DNA of 64,000 nt from NCBI GenBank assembly GCA_038206295.1, contig JBBRAZ010000017.1, positions 1,122 through 65,121 of the forward strand. The letters run 5' to 3'. Both the position numbers and the translations under genes were made by a program. The stretch is from Acidimicrobiales bacterium (lineage in GTDB: Bacteria > Actinomycetota > Acidimicrobiia > Acidimicrobiales > JBBRAZ01). Shown here piece by piece: positions 1 through 8,001 of this stretch (positions within the stretch are counted from its first letter, which is position 1; each line of letters begins with the position of its first letter). The notes under the pieces are model-generated. The model was not told the origin of the DNA and searched no databases. It was given only the letters and a program-made list of their open reading frames with translations.

Positions 1-90
1 TCCACAGCTCGCCATCCGGCATGTGCCCATCCTCGCACTTCCGTCCAGAATCCCTTTTCCCACGCTGAGGCCAGGTGCGACGATCGCCTC

Positions 91-534
91 GTGCCCACCG
101 ACCGCCCCAGGCCCGACGCGCAGCTCCTCGCCAACATCAAGCGCGACCACACGGTTCTGGCGACCCTCGCCGAACGCGCCAAGAGCCACTGGGCGGAGGA
201 AGACCTCGTCTACCGCTTCTGGCACCAGAGCTTCAAGGTGTTCTACATCCAGGACCTGACGCTCCAAATCGTGGACGCGCTCGAAGCACTGGCACCCGAG
301 CGCTGCGACCTCGACGAGCGGTTCCGACAGATCGTCGAGGAAGGCACGGGCAAGACGTTCGAACACGAGCACAACGAGCGGTGGCTCACCGAGACGCGCC
401 CGATGCTGGAGGCGTTCTGGCATGCCGACTACATGCTCCGAATGGCAGTCCGCTATGGACATGAGCTCGACCAGGCGCCCACTCTCCTTCCGTCGGGGTG
501 GGCGTCGCTGCTGTACCTCTACGGCACCCGCTGA
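91..534 (+). CDS. Conserved-looking hypothetical protein (147 aa)
   Basis: GC3-biased ORF with GTG start; aromatic-rich motifs EDLVYRFWHQSFKVF, LEAFWHA and LPSGWASLLYLY look like a real globular protein; function not recognised. Confidence 0.75.
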   Translation: MPTDRPRPDAQLLANIKRDHTVLATLAERAKSHWAEEDLVYRFWHQSFKVFYIQDLTLQIVDALEALAPERCDLDERFRQIVEEGTGKTFEHEHNERWLTETRPMLEAFWHADYMLRMAVRYGHELDQAPTLLPSGWASLLYLYGTR

Positions 535-631
535 GCGCGCGATCGCCTGAGACGGAGGCGATACCTCAGCGAACCGCCTCCACGATGATGCCCAGTGCGG
601 CCATCGCTACAGAGCGAGCGAGGAGACGTGA

Positions 632-654
632 CTACGTGTGTCAACTTCACGTAG
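632..654. promoter_or_regulatory. Inverted repeat CTACGTG-N9-CACGTAG, candidate AbiEi autorepression operator
   Basis: Perfect 7-bp arms about 20 bp upstream of a TACCAT -10 hexamer (675-680) that lies 7 nt before GTG 688; AbiEi antitoxins are known to bind promoter inverted repeats. Confidence 0.5.
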
Positions 655-687
655 CGAGTTATGGACACTTCGGCTACCATGGCTGGC

Positions 688-1365
688 GTGACTGATGTGA
701 GCGTTGCGACCCAGATCCGGACGAAGGTGGCCAGCTCGCGTGATCGCTTCTGGCGCCCCGAGGACTTCGACGGCTCGCCCTTGGCGGTCGCCAAGGCGCT
801 CTCGCGCCTCGCTCATGCTGGTGAGCTTCGCCGCGTCCGCCGGGGGCTCTACTGGCGCGGCACAACGACGCCATTCGGTATGGCTCCCCCACCATCGGAT
901 CGATTCGTCCACGAAGTCATCGGTACGCCGGGCACCGGCCCCGCCAGCTGGAGTGCCAGCCTCGCACTCGGGCTCTCCACGCAGGTGCCGCGCCGCGAGA
1001 CGATCGCGGTACCCGGCCGCTCGCCGCTCAACCCGGGCACTGTCCGGTTCGTGAGCCGCGCGGCCAGCGCCAAGCGCCGCGACGAGCGGCTCCGCCCGAC
1101 AGAGGTCGCTCTGTTCGAAGTACTTCGCGAGTGGAACACCCTCGTGGAAGTACCGACCGATGAGGCCGTTGAGCGCATCGCGAGTCTCGCCGAAAGCGGG
1201 GTGCTCCGCCTCGATCGCCTGGTGCGCGCCTCGACAACAGAACCACCACGCGTTCGTGAGCGCCTGCGACGCCTGCTGCACGCGCTCGACCGGGCAACCG
1301 ATGCAGCGCGCGTCCGGCCCGCTCGTGGTGGCTCAGCGCTTCACGACCTCGCGTTCGGGGGCTGA
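688..1365 (+). CDS. AbiEi-like type IV toxin-antitoxin antitoxin (DUF6088-like, N-terminal wHTH)
   Basis: AVAKALSRLAHAGELRRVRRGLYW wHTH signature and ALGLSTQVP motif; 6 bp upstream of the AbiEii gene. Start placed at GTG 688 (leaderless -10 spacing); the ORF track opens at 661. Confidence 0.85.
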   Translation: MTDVSVATQIRTKVASSRDRFWRPEDFDGSPLAVAKALSRLAHAGELRRVRRGLYWRGTTTPFGMAPPPSDRFVHEVIGTPGTGPASWSASLALGLSTQVPRRETIAVPGRSPLNPGTVRFVSRAASAKRRDERLRPTEVALFEVLREWNTLVEVPTDEAVERIASLAESGVLRLDRLVRASTTEPPRVRERLRRLLHALDRATDAARVRPARGGSALHDLAFGG

Positions 1366-1371
1366 TGCCCG

Positions 1372-2337
1372 GTGACCAACTTTCGCGACACCGACGAGTT
1401 CGGGCCGACCCTTGACGCGGTAGCCGAGCGCCTCGACATCAGCGCCACCGCCGTCGAGAAGGACTACTGGGTCAGCGAGGTGCTCCGTTCCCTGGCGGCG
1501 ACGTTTCCCGACGACTTCATCTTCAAGGGAGGCACGAGCCTCTCCAAGGGCTACGGCATCGTGGAGCGGTTCTCAGAAGATGTCGATGTGCTGGTGCTAC
1601 CTGGTGATCGCGGGCGAGGCGCTGCCGACAAGCTGATGAAGGCGATGGGTGAAGCCGCCGCAACCGGTGTCGGAGGCCAGGCAACGGGCGTCGGAGGCGC
1701 AGAGTCAGGCCGTCACCGATCCTTTGCCGTGAGCTACCCGGCGAGCCGTGAGCCGACGGCGCTGATCGCGACGAGCGTCCTGCTGGAGATGGGCGTTCGT
1801 GGCGGCTCGCATCCGCACGAGGAAGTCGTCATCGGCTGCCTGCTCGGGAACGCGCTCGATACGGCCGGAATCAACATCGCTGGCTACGAAGACCTTGCGC
1901 CGTTCCGAGTCCGCGTCCTGCATCCGGCGCGGACGCTTCTCGAGAAGCTCGTGCACATCCACGATCTGGCCCATCAGCTCGCGGCCGACGAAGACCAACC
2001 GGCCCCGCGCCGCAGCGGCCGTCACTTCTACGACGTGCACGAGCTCCTCGGCGACGACCGCGTCCTCGCCCTGCTACAGAACCGCGAGCAGACACTCGAA
2101 GTCGTCGCCAGCATCGACGAGATCACCCTGCGCTTCTTCAGCGGGGCCGATGGGATATCTGCTCGGCCCGACGGCGGGTTCGCCACCAGCCCCGCGTTCG
2201 ATCCAACCACCTCGACGTCGAGCCGGCTGCGGACCGCGTATGACCTGACGATGCCAGAGCTGTACTTCGGCAGCGATCCGCTACCGAGTTGGGACAGCAT
2301 CTGCCGCCGCGTCGCGGACCACGCGCCGTTGCTCTGA
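1372..2337 (+). CDS. AbiEii/AbiGii-family nucleotidyltransferase toxin
   Basis: VEKDYWV, FKGGTSLSK, RFSEDVD and RHFYDVH motifs of the AbiEii nucleotidyltransferase family. Confidence 0.92.
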   Translation: MTNFRDTDEFGPTLDAVAERLDISATAVEKDYWVSEVLRSLAATFPDDFIFKGGTSLSKGYGIVERFSEDVDVLVLPGDRGRGAADKLMKAMGEAAATGVGGQATGVGGAESGRHRSFAVSYPASREPTALIATSVLLEMGVRGGSHPHEEVVIGCLLGNALDTAGINIAGYEDLAPFRVRVLHPARTLLEKLVHIHDLAHQLAADEDQPAPRRSGRHFYDVHELLGDDRVLALLQNREQTLEVVASIDEITLRFFSGADGISARPDGGFATSPAFDPTTSTSSRLRTAYDLTMPELYFGSDPLPSWDSICRRVADHAPLL

Positions 2338-2394
2338 CGACGCGAGGAAATTCATGCTGTCGAAACACCCGATGGCTGTCAGTCTTGCGGAGCC

Positions 2395-2994
2395 ATGACG
2401 ACCTGGTTCACCGCCGACCTGCATCTCGGCCACCGCAACATCATCGACTACTGCAAGCGCCCCTTCGACGGCGTCGAGTCAATGGACCGCGACCTCGTCG
2501 AACGCTGGAACGAGGTCGTTCACGACGAGGACACGGTCTGGATCCTCGGCGACTTCGCCCTTGGCAAGCTCAGGGAGACGCTCCCGCTGGCCGGCGAGCT
2601 GCGCGGGCGCCTGATCCTGCTCACCGGCAACCACGACCGCTGCTGGGTCGGCCACGGCCGCAGGGCCCAGGGCTGGTCCGACCGGTACCTGGAAGCCGGG
2701 TTCGCCGAGGTCCACCACGGAACCGCGACGATCCAGATCGCCAGCACGCAGGTTCGGCTCTGCCACTTCCCCTACCGGGGCGACAGCCACCGCCGCGACC
2801 GCTACCTCGCACACCGCCCGACCGATGACGGCGCCTGGCTCCTGCACGGCCACGTCCACGACCGCTGGGGCCAGAGCGGACGGATGATCAACGTGGGTGT
2901 CGACGTCACGGACTTCCGCCCGATCAGCGAGGCCGCGATCGCTGCGGTCATCGCCGAAGGGCCCACACGGCGCGACCAGCTTCCCTTGCCTTGA
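2395..2994 (+). CDS. Calcineurin-like metallophosphoesterase (phage-type, COG4186-like)
   Basis: Metal-binding motifs ADLHLGH, LGDF, GNHD, CHFP and LHGHVH. Confidence 0.9.
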   Translation: MTTWFTADLHLGHRNIIDYCKRPFDGVESMDRDLVERWNEVVHDEDTVWILGDFALGKLRETLPLAGELRGRLILLTGNHDRCWVGHGRRAQGWSDRYLEAGFAEVHHGTATIQIASTQVRLCHFPYRGDSHRRDRYLAHRPTDDGAWLLHGHVHDRWGQSGRMINVGVDVTDFRPISEAAIAAVIAEGPTRRDQLPLP

Positions 2995-3049
2995 GGCTGC
3001 TGGCCGTCCCGCCCACGGTCCCGCCGGCTCCTCGAGCGATGATCTCCGT

Positions 3050-3226
3050 ATGTCCGAGAACCGTGCTTACCGATTCGCCGTCACTTTCGAGGTCGAGCCC
3101 GGCCATCCCGCGTACGACGATCCGGAGTGGGCCGCCGACGCCGCGTGGGGTGCGCTCACCAGCGAGTACGGGCTGCGCGCGGTCTACACCGACATCGAGG
3201 AGGTCGAACTCGATCACGCGCTCTGA
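3050..3226 (+). CDS. Small acidic hypothetical protein (58 aa)
   Basis: ATG at 3050 inside track ORF 2897-3226; MSENRAYRFAVTFEVEPGHPAYDDPEWAADAAWGAL is protein-like, whereas the upstream part of the ORF is not. Confidence 0.55.
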   Translation: MSENRAYRFAVTFEVEPGHPAYDDPEWAADAAWGALTSEYGLRAVYTDIEEVELDHAL

Positions 3227-3232
3227 CGACAG

Positions 3233-3598
3233 CTACGAGACGTTCAGCTCCAACTCGATCGCACTGCTCCCCATGTAACGGTCGCCAGTCAGGTCGAGGA
3301 GGAGGTCGAGATGCTCGTGGTTCACCTCGTCGATGGCGTCCTCGACCCTGCGGTCGTCGTGGCCCTCGGTCACATCGAACAGCACGTCGCCGGTGTCGGA
3401 CAGCACGCGCTGGATGCGCAGGATGCGTAGCCAGTCCTCGTTCGTTTCGCCGCGCATCTCGATCACCGTGGCCCCCGGCAGGACGTCAGCCACGGTCTCG
3501 ACTGCGATTCGCTCAGCCAGCGGCGCGAGCGCCTCCTCGAGCGCGTTCCACTGGTCACGGGTGCGCTTGAACTCGGTGACGAGATGCGTGTGCGACAT
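3233..3598 (-). CDS. Acidic hypothetical protein (121 aa)
   Basis: ATG at 3598 preceded by GAGGAG; last 121 aa of track ORF 3233-4237 (MSHTHLVTEFKRTRDQW...). Confidence 0.7.
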   Translation of the reverse strand: MSHTHLVTEFKRTRDQWNALEEALAPLAERIAVETVADVLPGATVIEMRGETNEDWLRILRIQRVLSDTGDVLFDVTEGHDDRRVEDAIDEVNHEHLDLLLDLTGDRYMGSSAIELELNVS

Positions 3599-3629
3599 GG
3601 CGACTCCTCGGCGCGGTGAGCTGCCACCG

Positions 3630-3651
3630 ACCCTACGCACCACCTGTGACA
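3630..3651 (-). promoter_or_regulatory. TGTC-N12-TAGGGT, PafBC/RecA-NDp-like DNA-damage promoter motif
   Basis: Minus strand reads TGTC ACAGGTGGTGCG TAGGGT, matching the spacing of the mycobacterial TGTCRGTG-N8-TANNNT motif; the central bases deviate. Confidence 0.35.
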
Positions 3652-3716
3652 GCCAGCTCCCGCTTGGACGGGCGTCATCTCTGCACCGGCCGACGTGAGC
3701 TCGTAGCTTGCGGGCC

Positions 3717-6700
3717 GTGGACGAGCTGCCGGCGGGCCTGTACGAGGTGCTCGTCACCGAGGGGCTGAAGGCCCGCCTGGATGCACTCGCCGATGCCGTC
3801 CCGACTGAGCAGGGCGCACTCCATGCTGCGGAGGCACCCGACCGCATCGCCTGGCACCTGAGCCGCGAGATCGAGCGGGCGCTCTCCGACGTCCGTGAGC
3901 CCAACCGAGCCCGGGTCGGCATCGAGGTGGCCCGAGCACTGCTTGATCGCCTCGGCGAGCTGGTCGAGGTCGACGCGTCAATCGCCCCGGTCGACCCGGC
4001 CACGGTCCTGCACGCAATCCTCGGCCGCCGCCCCGACGGCAGCCCCGAGACCCTTGCCGAGCCGTTGATCCCCCTGCTCGACACGACCCTGCTCACGAAC
4101 GCGCCTGGCGAGCCGAACCTCTGGAACCAGCTGCGGTCCGAGATCGAATCGGCCGACCGCATCGACGTCGTCATGGCGTTCATCCGCCGCACCGGCATCG
4201 CACCGCTGCTCGACGCCCTCCGCCACCACCGCGGCAAGGACCGTCAGCTCCGAGTGCTTACGACGACCTACACCGGGTCGACGGAGAAGGCGGCGCTGGA
4301 ACAGCTCGTCGACCTCGGCGCCGACGTTCGGGTGTCCTACGACCTGAGTACGACCCGCCTGCACGCCAAAGCGTGGGTGTTCCACCGCCGCTCCGGCTTC
4401 TCCACTGCGTACGTCGGCTCGTCGAACCTGACGCATTCGGCACAGGTCACCGGCATCGAGTGGAACGTCCGAGCATCTGCCGCCCGCAACCCCGATGTGA
4501 TCGCCAAGTTCGGCGCCGTGTTCGAGAGCTACTGGTCCAGCGGCGACTACCTCCCCTATGACCCCGAGCAGTTCGAGGACGAGCAGCGCCGTGCCGGGCG
4601 AACGGACTCCGGGCCGCTGGTGATCTTGAGTCCGATCGAGCTGCGACCGCTCCCCTTCCAGGAACGACTCCTCGAGTTGGTGGCGGTAGCTCGTGAGCGC
4701 GGCCACCACCGCAACCTTCTCGTGTCCGCGACCGGCACCGGCAAGACCGTGATGGCCGCGCTCGACTACGCCGGCCTGCGCGAGCAGCTCGACCGCTCAC
4801 GGCTGCTGTTCATCGCGCACCGCGAGGAGATCCTCGATCAGAGCCTCGCCACCTTCCGCTACGCGCTGCGTGACGCGTCCATTGGCGAGAAGTGGGTCGG
4901 TGGCGCACGACCGACCCGCTTCGAGCACGTCTTCGCGTCGATCCAGAGCCTGAGCGCCTCCGGGCTCGACGCGCTGGCCGCCGATCACTTCGATGTGGTG
5001 ATCGTGGACGAGTTCCACCACGCCGCCGCCGGGTCCTACGAGAAGGTGCTCAACCACCTCGAGCCCGTCGAGCTCCTCGGCCTGACCGCAACACCCGAGC
5101 GCAGCGACGGGCTGCCGATCCTGGGGTGGTTCGACGATCGCATCGCCGCCGAGCTTCGGCTGTGGGACGCCATCGACCAGCAGCACCTGGCGCCGTTCCT
5201 CTACTTCGGCATCCACGACGGCCTCGACCTCACCGACATCCCGTGGCGGCGCGGTCGGGGCTACGAGATCGAGGCGCTCACCAACCGCTACACCAGCTCT
5301 GACGCGTGGGCCCGCCTCGTGGTGAAGCAGGTCAACGACCACGCCGACGTTGGCTCGATGCGGTGTCTCGGGTTCTGCGTGAGCGTTGAGCACGCTCAGT
5401 TCATGGCCCGGCACTTCAACCACCACGGCATCGCGTCCGTGGCGGTGTGGGGCGACAGTCCACGAGCGGACCGCGAGGCCGCCTTGCGGGACCTCGCCGC
5501 GGGCGACGTCAAGGTCGTGTTCTCCGTCGACCTGTTCAACGAGGGTGTCGACGTCCCCAACGTCGACACCGTGCTGATGCTGCGCCCGACCGAGAGTCCG
5601 GTGCTGTTCCTCCAGCAACTCGGCCGCGGGCTGCGCAAGGCAAAGGGCAAGTCGTACTGCACGGTGCTGGACTTCGTCGGCACCCACCGCAAGGAGTTCC
5701 GCTTCGACCGCCGCTACCGCGCCCTGCTCGGCGGCACCCGGCGCGACGTCGAGCGAGCCGTGCAGATGCAGTTCCCGTTCCTGCCCGCCGGCTGCAACAT
5801 GCAACTCGACGAGAAGGCCGCCGAGATCGTCCTGCGCAGCCTCCGCGAAGCCATCCCATCACAGTGGAAGGCCAAGGTCGACGAACTGCGATCGCTGCGC
5901 CGCGAGCGCCCCGGCATCGGCCTGGCTGAGTTCCTGGACGAGAGCGGGCTCGACCTCGACGACCTCTACGCCAACTCCAAGAGCTGGTCAGACCTGATCG
6001 AGGCCGCTGACGGAGCGGTTCTTCCGGCGGGCTCGGACGAGCCGGTCCTGCGGCGGGCCGTCGGTCGACTCCTGCACGTCGACGACGCGGAGCGCATCGC
6101 CACCTATCGCCAGCTCCTGGCGAGCGAACGCCCCCAGGTTCGTGACCTACCGGAGCGCACTCGGCGGCTCGTCCACATGCTCGTTGCCGCACTCGCCGAC
6201 CAGGCGCTCACGAAGGATGCCTCGCTCCAGGATGCCGTCGACCTCGTGTGGTCACATCCGCAGGTCGTCGCCGAGCTGGCCGAGCTGTTCGGTGTCCTCG
6301 ATCACCGAATCGACCACCTCCACCAGCCGCTCGCCACCCACCCGGACTCGCCACTGCAGATCCACGCCCGCTACAGCCGCATCGAGATCCTCGCCGCCAT
6401 GGGCCTCGGAGGCGACCGAGCCAAGATCGCCGCCTGGCAGAGCGGCGTGTACGAAGCCAAGCCCGCCAACGCCGAGCTGCTCGCGTTCACGCTCGACAAG
6501 AGCAGCGGCGGTTTCTCCCCCACTACCCGCTATCGCGACTACGCCGTCAGCCGCACGCTGATCCACTGGGAGAGCCAATCGGCCACGCGCGAAGACAGCC
6601 CGACTGGCCTGCGGTACCGGGACCACGAGCGAGATGGCCGCACCATCCTGCTGTTCACCCGACTCCGAGCCGACGACCGTGCGTTCTGGTTCCTCGGCCC

Positions 6701-6809
6701 TGCCACCTACCGAGGCCACGTCGGAGAGAAGCCCATGGCCATCACCTGGGAGCTCGACGTCCCACTCCCCGGCGACCTCTACGCCGCCTTCGCCGCCGCT
6801 GTCGCCTAG
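3717..6809 (+). CDS. PLD nuclease - SF2 helicase - DUF3427 protein (SauUSI-like modification-dependent restriction enzyme)
   Basis: PLD HxK motif RLHAKAWVF...GSSNL, Walker A SATGTGKT, DEFHH, LTATPER, helicase C-domain VDLFNEGVDVP/QQLGRGLR, C-terminal YRDYAVS..LIHWESQ. Start GTG 3717, 7 nt after TAGCTT. Confidence 0.88.
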   Translation: MDELPAGLYEVLVTEGLKARLDALADAVPTEQGALHAAEAPDRIAWHLSREIERALSDVREPNRARVGIEVARALLDRLGELVEVDASIAPVDPATVLHAILGRRPDGSPETLAEPLIPLLDTTLLTNAPGEPNLWNQLRSEIESADRIDVVMAFIRRTGIAPLLDALRHHRGKDRQLRVLTTTYTGSTEKAALEQLVDLGADVRVSYDLSTTRLHAKAWVFHRRSGFSTAYVGSSNLTHSAQVTGIEWNVRASAARNPDVIAKFGAVFESYWSSGDYLPYDPEQFEDEQRRAGRTDSGPLVILSPIELRPLPFQERLLELVAVARERGHHRNLLVSATGTGKTVMAALDYAGLREQLDRSRLLFIAHREEILDQSLATFRYALRDASIGEKWVGGARPTRFEHVFASIQSLSASGLDALAADHFDVVIVDEFHHAAAGSYEKVLNHLEPVELLGLTATPERSDGLPILGWFDDRIAAELRLWDAIDQQHLAPFLYFGIHDGLDLTDIPWRRGRGYEIEALTNRYTSSDAWARLVVKQVNDHADVGSMRCLGFCVSVEHAQFMARHFNHHGIASVAVWGDSPRADREAALRDLAAGDVKVVFSVDLFNEGVDVPNVDTVLMLRPTESPVLFLQQLGRGLRKAKGKSYCTVLDFVGTHRKEFRFDRRYRALLGGTRRDVERAVQMQFPFLPAGCNMQLDEKAAEIVLRSLREAIPSQWKAKVDELRSLRRERPGIGLAEFLDESGLDLDDLYANSKSWSDLIEAADGAVLPAGSDEPVLRRAVGRLLHVDDAERIATYRQLLASERPQVRDLPERTRRLVHMLVAALADQALTKDASLQDAVDLVWSHPQVVAELAELFGVLDHRIDHLHQPLATHPDSPLQIHARYSRIEILAAMGLGGDRAKIAAWQSGVYEAKPANAELLAFTLDKSSGGFSPTTRYRDYAVSRTLIHWESQSATREDSPTGLRYRDHERDGRTILLFTRLRADDRAFWFLGPATYRGHVGEKPMAITWELDVPLPGDLYAAFAAAVA

Positions 6810-7239
6810 CACATGGGGCTGCGTGTCCGAGGGCCGACGCACACGCTGGCCCCGCGACGTCTTGGGAGGGGGAGGTTCCAGACGGCATGAGCCATACGAG
6901 ACCGCCTACGGGACGCGCTCACTCGCTTCGGCGCTGTGGCCCATCTGTTACCGAATGGGCTCAGACTGATGGCACTGATCGTGACGGTCGGAGCTTGCCA
7001 CCGTTCTGGCCGATGACGACTGACGGAGACCGTGGACGACTTCGCCACCCAGTCGCCCGCCGCTCTTGGTGATGGTGCTCCTTGAAATAGCCGAGCAGGC
7101 GGCGACCGTCGCTGATTTGCGTTGGTGTCGAAGCGGGCTTCATGGTCGCCCCCCTTGTACTCGTAACCGACGCCGAGCGCCACTATGACGAGGCGCCGGG
7201 GCCTTGACTGAGGCTCGGCCACGAATCGCCAGCTGCTAC

Positions 7240-8001
7240 TCAGAGTGCGGTGAAGCGGTGACCGGACTCAAGGCCAATCTCGAGCCCAGGGAATCCGAGC
7301 ACCTTGGCCGAATAGTCGTGATACGACGCAGCCCAACGCATCTTGTCGCTCGCTCGAGGATTACTCTTGCAGGCGGCAAGCCTTGTCACGACCGCCTCCT
7401 TATGCCGCTGCAACATGAACTCCGGCGCACCGCTCTTGAGACTCCACGCAAGGTAATGAACGAAGCACTGCCCATCCTCATCCACAAGGAGGCTCCCGAA
7501 CTCAACGGCGGGATCATCGGAGGCTTCCGTTACGGCATCACCGAACGTCGCTAGCACAGCCTCCGAGATCGTTATCCTCGGCCAGTGCGCCACACTTGAT
7601 TCAGCAGCATACGCAGCATTCAGGCCGCTTCCAAAGACAAATTCTGGCCCGATCGCTAACGAGCCCTTCTCGACGCCACCTCGAAGGAACAGGGTGTCCA
7701 CAGCGAAAGCCAACTGAAATGCAGCAAGCTCGTCGACAACCCATGCCAGCGCAGGGTTCACTTCCTGATTCGACGATGCATAGGTGGGCCAACTCAACAC
7801 CGTGTTATCGGTGAAAGCGACACTCTCGAAATTGGGGGACTCACCAAGAAAGTCTCGCACTCGCTGCCGGGCAGAGATGAGCCTGCCGAGGCCTGCGTCC
7901 TCGTCCCCGTCCATCGCCCTCGTCCCTAGAACGTCAATGAATGCCACAACGCACTCCCGAAGTTCAATACCTGCTACAGATCCCATTGTGGCTTCAACCA
8001 T
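7240..8001 (-). CDS. Divergent class III nucleotide-cyclase-like (palm-fold) protein
   Basis: FIDVLG (first metal Asp), AFTDN (second Asp), FLRGGVEKG, GSGLNAAYAAESSVAHWPRI; the ATG immediately follows the TGA of the upstream gene (8002-8004). Confidence 0.7.
   Translation of the reverse strand: MVEATMGSVAGIELRECVVAFIDVLGTRAMDGDEDAGLGRLISARQRVRDFLGESPNFESVAFTDNTVLSWPTYASSNQEVNPALAWVVDELAAFQLAFAVDTLFLRGGVEKGSLAIGPEFVFGSGLNAAYAAESSVAHWPRITISEAVLATFGDAVTEASDDPAVEFGSLLVDEDGQCFVHYLAWSLKSGAPEFMLQRHKEAVVTRLAACKSNPRASDKMRWAASYHDYSAKVLGFPGLEIGLESGHRFTAL

Noticed and set aside
1-22. Possible minus-strand gene starting at ATG 22 (MPDGELW...)
   Set aside because: Only 7 codons are inside the window; cannot be supported.
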